From an uncultured Planctomycetota bacterium (GTDB lineage Bacteria; Planctomycetota; Planctomycetia; Isosphaerales; Isosphaeraceae): DNA of 64,000 nt. Made by a program: the position numbers and the translations under genes. Position 1 is the stretch's first letter; each line of letters opens with the position of its first letter. The notes beneath the pieces were generated by a model. It was given only the letters and a program-made list of their open reading frames with translations, was not told where the DNA came from and did no database searches. The DNA lies in NCBI GenBank assembly GCA_963845755.1, contig CAWJTV010000020.1:448001-512000 (forward strand). Direction: 5' to 3'. This document shows, one piece after another, positions 44,886 to 56,123 of the stretch.

Positions 44886-45246
44886 GGACGCACGGATTTG
44901 TCTCGCCGGTCAACGCGGGACATCCAGTGTCCCCCACCTATCGGAATGATGTTGGTTGTATCGGTTGCGACGAATCGAGCACTTAAAGATCGCGAGATTT
45001 GATTCTCACGTGGGATGCACAGATGGCTTCGACCTGGAAGGAAAGTCTGGGTCTCCGTCTGGGTTGCGACGACCTGAGGACCGGGGTTAAACACCGCGGT
45101 CGCGGTCCTCGTCCGGGGGGCGATTCACTCCTTCAGGCGGATCCGGTTGGAACAGTGAGCTTCGATCCGATTAATTTCCAGACCGCCTCCGATTTAGGGA
45201 GCCGCTTCTGGGACGCAGTCTGCGTCTCCCGGGATGCCTACCTGCT

Positions 45247-46191
45247 TCAGTGTTGTTCCGTTTGAACCGAGAACCAGTGGCTGGGGTTGAGGTGATAGCC
45301 GCCGGTGAGCCAGGGGCGCTGGCTGTTTCCGGAGGTCCAGACGGCGGCGCAGCTCAGCGCCGTGTCCACGACCGACGGCACGAGATCCGGAGCTGGCCCG
45401 CACCAACGGATCAGCGTATCACCTCGCTCCAGGCGGAGTACGGCTCGTTGGAGCGCAGGATTCTTTTCCGCGGCCAAGTCAGGAACTCCGCCGGAAATGA
45501 ACAGCCCGGCGCTCGCCGCCTCGTCTCCGTCCCCGACGAACCAGCGCGCGGTGGTCCGATCCCAGGGACCCTTCCATTGAAATCGATCGCGATAGACCAG
45601 GACGCCGTCGCGATGGACTTCGAGGTCCTGGAGGACCTGATCGAACTGATAGAACTCCGACTCATCGCCGCGGGAATAACGGCCCGGCAACCACATGTCG
45701 CCCCAGATCAGCCGTGCATCGCCTTCGAGCTCGATCCGGATTCGTTGATGATAGCGACAGCCCCGGAACGGAATCGTGGGGCCCGGCAGGATCACGAGCT
45801 GTGCTCCGGCCTCGACCCGGACGTTCCACTGCTGGGTCGCGAAGGAACCGAGTGCGGGATGGACCCGGTTGGCCGATTGTCCGGTCACCACCGCGGCCGA
45901 ACCCGCCTTGGCCTCGATCTCGACCAGGTGGCCGTCGCCATCCATCAGGCCGGCGGTGGGGAGCAGGAGATAAATCAAGGCGGCCGGTTCGCCCTTGAAA
46001 TTGAAGGCGGGCATGACTCGGAGGGGCACCTGCTGATAAGTGTGACCCAGGATCGTCTGGCCGCCTCGATCGACCAGGGTCAGGCTCACTCCTCCGATCT
46101 GACCGGCGGATCGCTCCGCCAGGTGATACGCCCGATATTCCGGAGGAATCAGGAAGTCTTGCGCTGTGATTCGAGTTGTTCGCGAACCCAT
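45247..46191 (-). CDS. ureD: UreD/UreH, copy 2
   Basis: [39 protein letters not shown]. Confidence 0.92.
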   Translation of the reverse strand: MGSRTTRITAQDFLIPPEYRAYHLAERSAGQIGGVSLTLVDRGGQTILGHTYQQVPLRVMPAFNFKGEPAALIYLLLPTAGLMDGDGHLVEIEAKAGSAAVVTGQSANRVHPALGSFATQQWNVRVEAGAQLVILPGPTIPFRGCRYHQRIRIELEGDARLIWGDMWLPGRYSRGDESEFYQFDQVLQDLEVHRDGVLVYRDRFQWKGPWDRTTARWFVGDGDEAASAGLFISGGVPDLAAEKNPALQRAVLRLERGDTLIRWCGPAPDLVPSVVDTALSCAAVWTSGNSQRPWLTGGYHLNPSHWFSVQTEQH

Positions 46192-46949
46192 CGGATAACG
46201 TTCTCGACGCCATCGCCTCGACGGAGGCTGATGAGGTAATACGGACGGTCCCTTCGCATGGCGAGGCTGTCGCGCTTCATGACGTCGAGGTCCGCCCCGA
46301 CGTGGGGAGCCAGGTCGATCTTGTTGATGACGAGCAAATCGCTGGTGCAGATGCCCGGTCCGCCCTTGCGGGGGATCTTGTCGCCCTCGGCGACGTCGAT
46401 CACGAAGATGAAGACATCGGCCAGCTCGCGCGAGAAGACGGCCGTCAGATTGTCGCCGCCCGACTCGACGATCACCATCTCGAGGTCGGGGAACTGGCGT
46501 TCAAAGTTCCCGATCGCGCTGAGGTTGCTGCTGGCGTCATCGCGGATGGCCGTGTGCGGACAACCGCCGGTCTGGACCCCCACGATTCGCTCCAGGGGAA
46601 GCACCTTGCTGCGCGATAGGAACTCGGCGTCTTCGTGCGTATAGATATCGTTGGTGATGACCGCCAGGTTGACGGAGGGCCAGAGCTCGCGGCAAAGGCG
46701 TTCCACCAGCGCGGTCTTTCCCGAGCCGACCGGCCCGGCGACGCCGAGCGTGAACGTCTTGCGTCGAGAACCGGCGTAGCGGGCCGGACCAGGTCCCCCT
46801 TTGTAATCGTGCTGATGATCGTGATCGCCCTTGTGCGCCGGCACGACCGGAACGAACCGGGGGCGGCGTGAGGTCCGGAAGGGCCCGGGGCCAAGTAGAC
46901 CGTCGCCTTCACGACCGGAACAGGCGGGAATAAAGCTGTGTCTGTTCAT
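46149..46949 (-). CDS. ureG: UreG with His-rich N-terminus, copy 2 (start uncertain)
   Basis: [38 protein letters not shown] extension. Confidence 0.95.
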   Translation of the reverse strand: MNRHSFIPACSGREGDGLLGPGPFRTSRRPRFVPVVPAHKGDHDHQHDYKGGPGPARYAGSRRKTFTLGVAGPVGSGKTALVERLCRELWPSVNLAVITNDIYTHEDAEFLSRSKVLPLERIVGVQTGGCPHTAIRDDASSNLSAIGNFERQFPDLEMVIVESGGDNLTAVFSRELADVFIFVIDVAEGDKIPRKGGPGICTSDLLVINKIDLAPHVGADLDVMKRDSLAMRRDRPYYLISLRRGDGVENVIRWVREQLESQRKTS

Positions 46950-47595
46950 CGCAGAGTACCTCGTAGAAGGGGGAGCCACTGCCCGCCGTCTCCAGGTCGC
47001 GACCGTCGAAGTCGATGGCGAGCCGTCCTACGTCATCATGGAGATAGGCGAGGATCTGTTGGCCGTGGGTATGGCCTACGGGTAGAGCACGGACCCCCGC
47101 CCCGATGATACCCATGATCGTCTGGTGCAAATAAGACATGAGCGTCTCGAGCGACGAGGCACCGGCGACCGCCCCGAGCAGCCCGAAGGCGATCGCATGG
47201 TTCCACTTCGGCCCTCCATTGTCACGGCCGACCGATCGCTGAAACCGGTCGACGGCCGTCGCGCTCCAGACCCAACTGGATCCGAGTGACAGGAGCTGCT
47301 CGCCCATCTCGTGGCTGGCGGCCCGGATGGAGGGCGGAGCCAGTGACGCGCTTAGGATCTCATCGGCCCGGACGATCGCCGCGAGATCGTTGCCCGTCCA
47401 CGCGCGACAAACCACGCCGACCAGCACACCCTCCAGCGGCCCGATCACGTGGGTGAGCCAGTGACGCGCCCAGTTTTCCAGCGACGGCGCATCGTGCACC
47501 TCTCGACGCGCGACCGCGGCTTCCAATCCCCAGGAGTGAGTATATCCACCGATCGGTAGTGCCGAGTCGCTGAGCTGGAGGAGCCGAAGATTCAT
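46909..47595 (-). CDS. ureF: UreF, copy 2
   Basis: [25 protein letters not shown]...YSRLFRS. Confidence 0.95.
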   Translation of the reverse strand: MNLRLLQLSDSALPIGGYTHSWGLEAAVARREVHDAPSLENWARHWLTHVIGPLEGVLVGVVCRAWTGNDLAAIVRADEILSASLAPPSIRAASHEMGEQLLSLGSSWVWSATAVDRFQRSVGRDNGGPKWNHAIAFGLLGAVAGASSLETLMSYLHQTIMGIIGAGVRALPVGHTHGQQILAYLHDDVGRLAIDFDGRDLETAGSGSPFYEVLCDEQTQLYSRLFRS

Positions 47596-47611
47596 GATCC
47601 GCACAGTCATT

Positions 47612-47667
47612 GTAGGGCGGGTGAAACCCGCCAATAAGCCGATACCGGTGGGTCTCACCCACCCGAC
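47612..47667. repeat. GTAG-family REP doublet between ureC and ureF (copy 2)
   Basis: GTAGGGCGGGTGAAACCCGCC ... GGTGGGTCTCACCCACCCGAC; similar to 1740..1798. Confidence 0.75.
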
Positions 47668-47697
47668 AACCGTTGAACTCGGCCCTCCCGATCGTTT

Positions 47698-49419
47698 TCA
47701 GAACAAGAAATACCGCTGGGCCATCGGCAGCTCCTTGGCCGGCTCCGAGCCCACCTTCTTGCCGTCGACGAACACCTCGTAAGTATCGGGCTTGACCTTG
47801 ATCTCGGGAGTGGCGTCGTTGCGCCTCATGTCTTTCTTGCTGATATTCCTCGTGTTCTCGACGGCGAAGACCTGCCGTTGGAGGCCGTACCGGTCGACGA
47901 TTCCGTCCTCGATGGACGCCTTCGAGACGAAGGTCATGCACGACTGGGAGAGCGCCCGGCCATAGGCGGCGAACTGCGGGCGCGCGTAGACCGGCTGTGG
48001 CGTCGGGATGCTGGCGTTCGGGTCGCCCATCTGGGCGGAGATCAACATGCCTCCCTTGATGATGAGCTCCGGCTTGACGCCGAAATACGCCGGCTTGTAC
48101 AGCACCAGGTCGGCTATCTTGCCCGGCTCGACGCTCCCGACCAGGTGGCCGATCCCGTGGGTGATCGCCGGGTTGATGGTGTACTTGGCGACATACCGTT
48201 CCACCCGCTTGTTGTCGCTGCGGCTCGAATCCTCCGCGAGCGAACCGAACTGGACCTTCATCTTGTGAGCCGTCTGCCAGCACCTCAGGATGACTTCGCC
48301 GATCCGGCCCATCGCCTGGGAGTCGGAGCTGTACATACTGATGATGCCGCGATCGTGGAAGACGTCCTCGGCGCCGATGGTCTCGGCGCGGATGCGGCTC
48401 TCGGCGAAGGCGACGTCCTCGGGAATATTGCGCGACAGGTGATGGCAAACCATTAGCATGTCGAGGTGCTCGTCGATCGTATTGACTGTGTAGGGCCGGG
48501 TCGGGTTGGTGCTGGAGGGGAGCACGTATGGCAGTCCCGCGACGCTGATGATGTCGGGCGCGTGGCCGCCGCCGGCCCCTTCGGTGTGGAACGTATGGAT
48601 GGCTCGGCCCTTGATCGCCGCCACCGAGTTCTCGAGGAACCCCGCCTCGTTGAGCGAGTCGGTGTGGATTGCGACCTGAACGTCGTACTCATCGGCGACC
48701 TTCAGGCAGGTGTCGATCGCGACCGGGGTCGTCCCCCAGTCCTCGTGAAGTTTCAGCCCGCAAGCGCCGGCTTTGACCTGGTCGGCTAGCAGTCGCGGAA
48801 GACTGCCGTTCCCCTTGCCCAGGATCCCCCAGTTCACCGGCAAGCCTTCGGCCGCCTGGAGCATGCGCATGATATTCCAGGGGCCCGGCGTACAGGTCGT
48901 CGCCCAGGTGCCACTCGCCGAACCGGTGCCACCGCCGATCATGGTGGTGATCCCCGAAGCGACGGCCACGTCAACTTGCTGGGGACAAATCATGTGGATG
49001 TGGGTATCAATCCCACCGGCGGTGCAGATCATACCCTCGCCCGCGATGACCTCGGTCCCCGGCCCGATTACCAGCCGGGGATCGATCAACGGCTGAATCA
49101 ACGGGTTGCCGGCGCTGCCGATCCCGACGATCTTGCCGTCCAGGATCCCGATGTCGCCCTTGACGATCCCCCAGTAGTCGATCACGATCACGTTGGTGAT
49201 GACCAGGTCGAGGTGGGGCGTGCTCATCGGCGCGTGAAACGGGCACTGACCGAGTCCGTCCCGGATCACCTTGCCGCCGCCGAAGACGACTTCTTCGCCG
49301 TAATGGACGTAGTCTTTCTCGATCTCGATGAACAGTTCCGTGTCGGCCAGGCGGATGCGGTCGCCGACGGTCGGCCCATAATGCGCCGCGTACGAGTCGC
49401 GGGAAATCTTGACGCTCAT
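47698..49419 (-). CDS. ureC: Urease alpha subunit, copy 2
   Basis: [53 protein letters not shown]. Confidence 0.98.
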   Translation of the reverse strand: MSVKISRDSYAAHYGPTVGDRIRLADTELFIEIEKDYVHYGEEVVFGGGKVIRDGLGQCPFHAPMSTPHLDLVITNVIVIDYWGIVKGDIGILDGKIVGIGSAGNPLIQPLIDPRLVIGPGTEVIAGEGMICTAGGIDTHIHMICPQQVDVAVASGITTMIGGGTGSASGTWATTCTPGPWNIMRMLQAAEGLPVNWGILGKGNGSLPRLLADQVKAGACGLKLHEDWGTTPVAIDTCLKVADEYDVQVAIHTDSLNEAGFLENSVAAIKGRAIHTFHTEGAGGGHAPDIISVAGLPYVLPSSTNPTRPYTVNTIDEHLDMLMVCHHLSRNIPEDVAFAESRIRAETIGAEDVFHDRGIISMYSSDSQAMGRIGEVILRCWQTAHKMKVQFGSLAEDSSRSDNKRVERYVAKYTINPAITHGIGHLVGSVEPGKIADLVLYKPAYFGVKPELIIKGGMLISAQMGDPNASIPTPQPVYARPQFAAYGRALSQSCMTFVSKASIEDGIVDRYGLQRQVFAVENTRNISKKDMRRNDATPEIKVKPDTYEVFVDGKKVGSEPAKELPMAQRYFLF

Positions 49420-49454
49420 GATGTGTTCCCCCGTGGTGGTCCGTCGATCGGATG

Positions 49455-49833
49455 TTACTTGGCGGGATTGTTACCGTATTTGCCGGCCGCGAGCCGTTCG
49501 AAGCGCCGCGGCGCGTACGGTCGGGTCGTCGAGCTGGCCATTGATCAGACCGTTCAGGCCGAAGACCCGGCGTTCGCCGTCGAACGGAACCAGCCGCACT
49601 TCCTTGACGTCGCCCGGCTCGAAGCGGATCGCGGTGCCCGAGAGCAGATCCAACCGCATCCCGTAGGCCTTCTCCCGATCGAAGACCAGCCCTGAATTGG
49701 CTTCGAAGAAGTGGTAGTGCGAGCCGACCTGGACCGGCCGGTCGCCGCTGTTGGTGACCTTGAGCGTCACGGTCGGCCGGCCGGGATTGATCTCGATCTC
49801 CGGCTTGTCGAAAACGTATTCCCCTGGGATCAT
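49455..49833 (-). CDS. ureB: Urease beta subunit, copy 2 (probable frameshift near 49495)
   Basis: [19 protein letters not shown]; alternative frame ends GKYGNNPAK*, matching copy 1 QKYGHKPSQ*. Confidence 0.95.
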
Positions 49834-49864
49834 GATCTGGCTCCTCTCATGGCGGATCCGGGAC

Positions 49865-50167
49865 TCATTTGATCGGATGGTGAACGGTCACGAGCTTGGT
49901 CCCATCGGGAAACGTCCCCTCCACCTGGACGACTTCGATCGTCTCGGGGACACCCTCCATGACGTCCGCTCTCGTGAGGATGCTACAGCCGAGCGTCATG
50001 ATCTCGGCGACGCTCTTACCGTCCCGGATCATCTCGTGGAGGGCCGCGCTGATCAGCGCCGTCGCCTCGGGCAAGTTCAACTTCAAGCCGCGCGCCTTGC
50101 GGGCCTTGGCCAGCTCGCCGGCCGTGAAGATCAACAGTTTGTCGCGTTCTTGGGGTGTGAGATGCAT
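49865..50167 (-). CDS. ureA: Urease gamma subunit, copy 2
   Basis: [12 protein letters not shown]...[10 protein letters not shown]...[21 protein letters not shown]. Confidence 0.97.
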   Translation of the reverse strand: MHLTPQERDKLLIFTAGELAKARKARGLKLNLPEATALISAALHEMIRDGKSVAEIMTLGCSILTRADVMEGVPETIEVVQVEGTFPDGTKLVTVHHPIK

Positions 50168-50239
50168 GGTGCGTCCTCCCTCAGGGTCATGGGTGGTCAG
50201 GCCGGCTGGCCCGGTGCAACGTTCCGAACCAAGGAGTCC

Positions 50240-51160
50240 TCATGCGGGCGCGGGCGGAATGTCTTCGGGGGGCGGCGTGTGAGCGGCCGGCGCGAATCGA
50301 TGGAAGTACGGCTCCAGGGCACCGAGGGCCAGCACGATCCAGCAAGCCACGACAAACGGCGCGGTGAGCGTCGGCAAGCCGGTCATGGGAAAGCATTCCG
50401 TGATCGGTGTCGAGAGGATCGCTCCCAGCAGCGCGATCACCAGCGACGGCCTCCACAAATACAAGGCAATCGCCGCCAGCGAAGCATTATATCCATAAAG
50501 ACCCAATGATATCTTGTCCACCGGGGCACCGTGATAGATGGCGACCAAAGTTCCCACCATCGAGCCGACAAAGGCCAGGACCGCATGGCGCGGGTCGCTG
50601 ATCGCCAGGCCGATGAAGATTGCGATCCCACACACGATGCTCGCCTGCAAGAAGACCTCGCTGAGTCCCTCCGAAAACGCACGCACCAGATCGAGCGACT
50701 CCGGCCCGGGAGGATGCTCGACAACGGGCAAGCCCATCGCCTTTCCGATGCCGAACATCACCCACGTCGTCACGATGAACGGCAAGGTATACGTTGAAAA
50801 TGGGAGATATCGCCGCATGACCATCGTTACGGGGGTCGACGCCGCGCAGGCCAGGACCAGGAGGATCACCGTGACGACGCCCGGTTGGAAGAAGAAGAAC
50901 GCGGCGATGCCAACCAGCGTGGAATTGAACCCGTAGATCCCATCGCGGATCTGCGCCGCGTCGTACTTCATCAGCCTGGCGACGACCGGCCCGATCATGG
51001 CGCCGATCAGGGCCCCCAGTCCCATCAGCCAATCCGCCCAGGCGATCCCCAGGAGTATCAGGAGTCCAGTAGCCGCGTGGCCTTGGAACATCACCTGGCC
51101 TACGCCGCGGAGCACGAGCTTCACCCAATCCATGGTGTTCTCGTTCTGAGTTCGGCTCAC
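50240..51160 (-). CDS. Urea transporter (UT/Yut family), copy 2
   Basis: RGVGQVMFQ, GIYGFNSTLVG, TYTLPF, GLYGYNASL, LPTLTAPF. Confidence 0.93.
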   Translation of the reverse strand: MSRTQNENTMDWVKLVLRGVGQVMFQGHAATGLLILLGIAWADWLMGLGALIGAMIGPVVARLMKYDAAQIRDGIYGFNSTLVGIAAFFFFQPGVVTVILLVLACAASTPVTMVMRRYLPFSTYTLPFIVTTWVMFGIGKAMGLPVVEHPPGPESLDLVRAFSEGLSEVFLQASIVCGIAIFIGLAISDPRHAVLAFVGSMVGTLVAIYHGAPVDKISLGLYGYNASLAAIALYLWRPSLVIALLGAILSTPITECFPMTGLPTLTAPFVVACWIVLALGALEPYFHRFAPAAHTPPPEDIPPAPA

Positions 51161-51436
51161 CGTCTCGACCTTTCTATCGACTCGCTGCGATCAAGGTCTG
51201 TAAATCCGTCGCTTCGCAAGTCGGGAGGCATAAAGAATGTAGAATTTACAGGTCCCGCCTCTCGTTCACAAGCTCCTACCGGTGCGATATCGCGCGGAAC
51301 ACCCAGTCCTCGCATCTCGCCGCGACTCCCAATTATTTTCGCTCGACCCCGGATTTTTCCCTTCACCCTCTCGTCTCCTACGGACGATTCAATCTGCACA
51401 GTCCATCGTTTAAAAGTTCGCCGGGGATCCACGTCG

Positions 51437-53207
51437 ATGGGTAGATCCTGTCGTTCGTCATTTCGAATGGCTTCTTCCATCAAGGCAGGCATGATTGCGT
51501 CAGTTCTTGTCCCACTCCTGGTGGCCGGATCGCCGAGCGTTCGCGCCCAGGAGCCCAGTCCCGCCTCGAGTTCCGCGCCCGCGCCAATCACCACTTACGA
51601 GGAACTCTTGCGCAAAATCCGCGCCTTGCGCAAAGAAGTGGCGGAAACCCGCCAGCTCAAGGACCAGGTGAACCAACTCCAGAGGCAGCTATCGACGTTC
51701 CGGCCGGTGAGCCAGCGGACACCTTCGTTGCCGCAGCTCCAGCCTGACGGTCCGAATGGAGGCGCTTTGGGGGTCGAGATGGTTCCCACCCAGCCCGGTG
51801 TCCCGGTCGGGACGATGCCTCCCCTGAATTCCGGTGCGATGGTGGGCGGCGAATCCTCGGCCATGCCCTTGAGCGGCGAGTTGTTACGAACGGAACCCGG
51901 CGCACCGGGGCAAAGCTCGTCGGCATCGACCGGAGACGATTTCCATCTGATGGGACGATATCGCTACAACGCGGGCGCGACCGGTCCTCTGGGCGGCGGC
52001 GGCTATTTCCACTTTGGGAATGACACCGACGAGTTTGTGCTCAACGTCACGAATCAGATCACGATCGACGGCGACGTTTTACGATCGCCAGAACATGCCG
52101 ACGACCTTCCAGGGATTCTTCGTCCCGTTCGCCCGTACTTTCCTCTACGGGAATATTACGAAGAACTGGCTCTACCAGGTCGGCACCCAAGGCTTCGCCG
52201 GGCAGTTCAATCTGCTCGATATGTGGATGGCCTATCGCGTCGGCGACCGAATGACCATCCGTTTCGGCAAGGGCCTGACCCCGCCCCTGTACGAGTATTA
52301 CGGGTTCTCCCCGGCCCTCGAGCCTGTCATTATCAACTCGCCGATCTTTCAACTGGCCGGCCGACGACAGCTCGGAGTCATGGCCACGGGAAATCTCTTC
52401 AATGGCCGTTTGCAGTACTGGTCGGGCATCACCAACGACGGCAACAGCTTCTGGTATGCCTTGAACCGCAACATGCAGTACAACGGAGCTTTCGACCTCA
52501 CCCCCTTCAAGGGGACGGGCAACCCCCTCCTGGAGGGCATGGGCGCAGGTATCGGCGTATCTGCGGGAGACGAGCAATACAAGCTTCAGCAATCGAACAT
52601 CGCGTTTGTAAACGGTGCCGGCGAGCCGAGCACGAATGGGTCATGGATCACCTCGTCCGGAGTTCCGTTCGCGGCCTACAACCCCAACGTCTCTGCCAAC
52701 GGCATGCGGACGCGATGGGCTCCTCACTTCTACTGGTACGGCCGGTTCAGCGTCCTGGCGGAAATGATGAACAGCAGCCGCATCTTAACCGATGGCGCCA
52801 CCGAGGGCCGATCGACCCAGTGGGGTTATTACGTCAACCTCTCATATTATCTGACCGGCGAACGCGACTTCGCCGGCAACGGCTTCCAGGGGTATTCGAC
52901 CGTCACGCCGCTTCGCCCATTCAATCCCGCAAAGGGCGAATGGGGGCCAGGCGCCTGGCAGCTCGCCGCGCAGTTCTCGCAGTTGAACATCGGCCGCGGC
53001 GACTTCGAGCGCGGATTCATCAACCCGACCAACTACACCAACGGCCTCGAGCAGATCATGGTCGGCGTCAACTGCTGGCCCAACAAGTACACGCGCCTCA
53101 GCTTCGATTGGGTCTGGGACCGATTCAATAATCCGATTCCCTTGAACGGTTCGAGCCCGGTTCAAGGCTTTAACATGTTCTGGATGCGATTTGCGATGTT
53201 CTTCTGA
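51437..53207 (+). CDS. OprO/OprP-like porin, copy 2 (frameshift near 52078)
   Basis: Signal peptide, coiled coil, FNLLDMW, RRQLGVM..G, GYYVNLSYYLTGE, GAWQL, C-terminal RFAMFF. Confidence 0.82.
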
Positions 53208-54882
53208 TGCAGTCGGTGACCTGCACTCATTCCGAGCCGCCGAGTCCGGAGATGCCGTCATTCACAGGGTATTATGGAGAGCGGCCTCCATTCTCGGGAG
53301 CCACGGGCTCGCCGCCTTGTCGCTACTCTGCCTCGGTCTGACCGTCATCCAGGAGACCGTGCTGGCACAGGAGGCCGTTCAGTCGACACAGCAGCCGCGC
53401 CCCTCGAATCGGCAACCCCCCGCTCCTGGCGGAGGTCGCCCCAGTCCGGGGGCGTCCGGGCCTCGACCTGAGGACGTGAATACCCAGGAGAAGGCTGGCG
53501 GCGATCCCCGTCGGACCGGTCCCGCGCCGGTCAGCCCGAACGCACCATCGACATCAGGGGCGACCGCCAGTGCCGGAGCCCCGGCCATGACCGCGGTCGC
53601 GCGGCCTTCCTCGCGCTCGGTTGCGTCTCTGCGACCCAATATGCCGGTCCCGACCACGAGCGCAGCCGTTCAGGAGACGCGCGAGGCGACGCCTCGTGAT
53701 GAAGCGTCACGCATCCTCGCGGATCTCCTGGAGATCCCCGAGACGAGCAGTTTCCGGGCATTCGGCTGGATCGAGAACAGTTTCACCGGCAATCCGGGCG
53801 TTCTCAACGGCGGACTGAACTTCGGCGTCAATCCCAATGATCGGGCCAACCGTTGGATGGGAAACCAGTATTACCTGGTCCTCGGACGGAGAGTCCAGCA
53901 AACCGACGTGGTCAACTTCGGCTTCCGGGTCGACGCACTCTTCGGCAACGACTGGCAGTTCAACCATATGCATGGGCTGTTCGACTCGGCCTTCAGGCTG
54001 AATTCATTCCTCGGCTTCGACCCCGCCCAGTTCTACGCCTCAGTCCACCTGCCGATCCTGACCCCCAAGGGACTCGACGTCCGCGCCGGACGCTGGTACA
54101 CGATCGCCGGTTTCGAGGGAGTTCCGGCGATGTCGCGCCCTTTACTTTCTGTACCCTACATGTTTAATTATGGCCAGCCGTTCACGCACTTCGGCATGTT
54201 GACCACGCTTCATCTCACGGAGCACCTCGATCTCTTCAACGGGACGATCAACGGCTGGGATCGCTGGATCGACGAGAACTACCGGTGGGGCTATATCGGG
54301 AGCCTGAGTTACACCACCGAGGGATCGCGCGACCACTTCGCACTGACCGGCATCTGGGGGCCGAACCAGTTTCCGCGCTTCCTGCCCGCGAACACGCAGC
54401 TCTTCCCCACCGGCTACGTCAACATCCCCAGCCTGGCCGGCCTGCCGAACCCGGGATACGCTCGCAACGATCGCACGCTCCTGACCTGGGTCTACTCGCA
54501 TAACTGGACCGAGAGATTCGTGCAGACGATCGAGACCGATCAGGGCTGGGAGCGCTCGATACCGGGGCTCGCCTCCGGCGGCCTGAACTACGCACCGTTG
54601 TCCGATCAGTGGTATAGCTTCGGAAACTGGTTCATTTACTCACCGACTGAGGAGCTGACGGGGGTCTGGCGGTCCGAGTGGTTCCGCGATGTCCATGGCT
54701 CCCGCACCGGTTACGCGGGGAGTTTCTACGAGCAGACCCTGGGACTAATCATCAAGCCCAAGCCCTGGATCTTGATCCGTCCGGAGATCCGTTTCGACTG
54801 GTCGCAGTTCTGCCATCCCTTCGATAACGGGACGTCCAACCACCAGTTGACCCTGGGAATGGATGTGATCTTCCGGTTCTGA
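53191..54882 (+). CDS. Outer-membrane beta-barrel protein (BBP2-like porin); start uncertain
   Basis: FGWIENSFT, QFYASVHLPILTPKGLDVRAGRWYT..GFE, RSEWFRD.HGSRTG, IRPEIRFD; C-terminal F. Confidence 0.85.
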   Translation: MRCSSDAVGDLHSFRAAESGDAVIHRVLWRAASILGSHGLAALSLLCLGLTVIQETVLAQEAVQSTQQPRPSNRQPPAPGGGRPSPGASGPRPEDVNTQEKAGGDPRRTGPAPVSPNAPSTSGATASAGAPAMTAVARPSSRSVASLRPNMPVPTTSAAVQETREATPRDEASRILADLLEIPETSSFRAFGWIENSFTGNPGVLNGGLNFGVNPNDRANRWMGNQYYLVLGRRVQQTDVVNFGFRVDALFGNDWQFNHMHGLFDSAFRLNSFLGFDPAQFYASVHLPILTPKGLDVRAGRWYTIAGFEGVPAMSRPLLSVPYMFNYGQPFTHFGMLTTLHLTEHLDLFNGTINGWDRWIDENYRWGYIGSLSYTTEGSRDHFALTGIWGPNQFPRFLPANTQLFPTGYVNIPSLAGLPNPGYARNDRTLLTWVYSHNWTERFVQTIETDQGWERSIPGLASGGLNYAPLSDQWYSFGNWFIYSPTEELTGVWRSEWFRDVHGSRTGYAGSFYEQTLGLIIKPKPWILIRPEIRFDWSQFCHPFDNGTSNHQLTLGMDVIFRF

Positions 54883-55059
54883 TCGTGCGGACGGATTGTG
54901 ATCCCGTGCGACCTGGTCATACCATTTGACTCGGGAGATCCATCGTGTATATCACACTGATCGTCATCCCTTGAACGACGGGTCGGACCCGCTCCCCTGC
55001 GCGGCCTCCATGGTCCCTCGTCGCTTCGTCTCTCTCGACCTTGGGCCGACAGGGAGGTT

Positions 55060-55821
55060 GTGATGCGGTTTGCCTTTCGGACGCGACCTCCGAGTATGGC
55101 GGTCCGATCCAGGCGGGCGAAGCCTCGGCTCGAGTCCCTCGAAGAACGGAATCTCTTAAGCCATGTCGCCGCGGGTGGAGTGGCGGGGGCTCTCGAACGG
55201 GGGATCTCAGTCCCGCACGGTGCACTCTATCCCTACAGCCTTCGCAAGCATCCGTTGAGCGAGAAGATCATTGGGGGGCATGTCACGAAGGTCCCGATGT
55301 TCTACGGTCCGTTCGCCGGACAACGGACACCGGAACTGGACGCGACCGGAGCGAATGGCCGGCTCATCTTCGGCCGGGGATTTGTCTTCACCGGTGAAGT
55401 GCTCGGCCCAATCAACCCGCAACAGCCCGCGGATTACGTCTTCGGGATCAACCGTGGCGGCGCCGCGGCGCCGGGCCCGTTCCTCAATCGGGCGATGATT
55501 TACTTCGACGCTCTGGCAATCGTCTCAACCGGCCCTGATGGCACCACCGGCACGATCGAACTTCTCAACGCTCAGGGACAGCCCAAGTCGAGCGTGACGC
55601 TCCCCGCCGATGCCGTCCAGATCCACGGCAACCAGGTCCAGGTCGAGTTCTCGGCGAGCCGGCTCCCCCCGACGAGTGCGCCCCGAACGCGTCAGCCCGA
55701 GTCGCGCTATTTCTATGCCTTCTGGGCCGGGACATCGCCCACCGCGCCCAACGGTATCGCCAGCTTCGCCCCCGAGTATGCGATCACCTCAGTGGCGGCC
55801 CAGGGATTTCCCAAGGGGTGA
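55060..55821 (+). CDS. Hypothetical exported protein with planctomycete LEPR-XLL-type leader
   Basis: RRAKPRLESLEERNLLS motif. Confidence 0.7.
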   Translation: MMRFAFRTRPPSMAVRSRRAKPRLESLEERNLLSHVAAGGVAGALERGISVPHGALYPYSLRKHPLSEKIIGGHVTKVPMFYGPFAGQRTPELDATGANGRLIFGRGFVFTGEVLGPINPQQPADYVFGINRGGAAAPGPFLNRAMIYFDALAIVSTGPDGTTGTIELLNAQGQPKSSVTLPADAVQIHGNQVQVEFSASRLPPTSAPRTRQPESRYFYAFWAGTSPTAPNGIASFAPEYAITSVAAQGFPKG

Positions 55822-55968
55822 GATCGGACCGCGAGTGAGTAAGACGACGCGCGTTGGGACGCCGTCGCCCCAATCGGCCCGACGCGAAATCAAAACGATT
55901 GGCCCGCGGACTCTGCCATCGCGTCGGACTGGTGTGGCGCAGTGCGCAAACCGATTGATCGCCGCTCC

Positions 55969-56123
55969 AAGCACCTGGCCAGGGTTATCCTGCAGGGGTC
56001 CCAGGCGAGCGGGGGGCGTCAGCCCCCTGTCAGGTCGATCGGACAGGGGGCTGACGCACCCGCTCGCCTCTCGGAACCGCCTCCGAACCCCGAAGAGTGC
56101 AAGGAATCCACGGCCGGCTGCTT
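55969..56123. repeat. Nested palindromic element (MITE-like shell around the same core palindrome as 37979..38097)
   Basis: Core GGCGAGCGGGGGGCGTCAGCCCCCTGTC...GACAGGGGGCTGACGCACCCGCTCGCC (56004-56068); imperfect outer arms AAGCACCTGGCC / GGCCGGCTGCTT. Confidence 0.7.
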
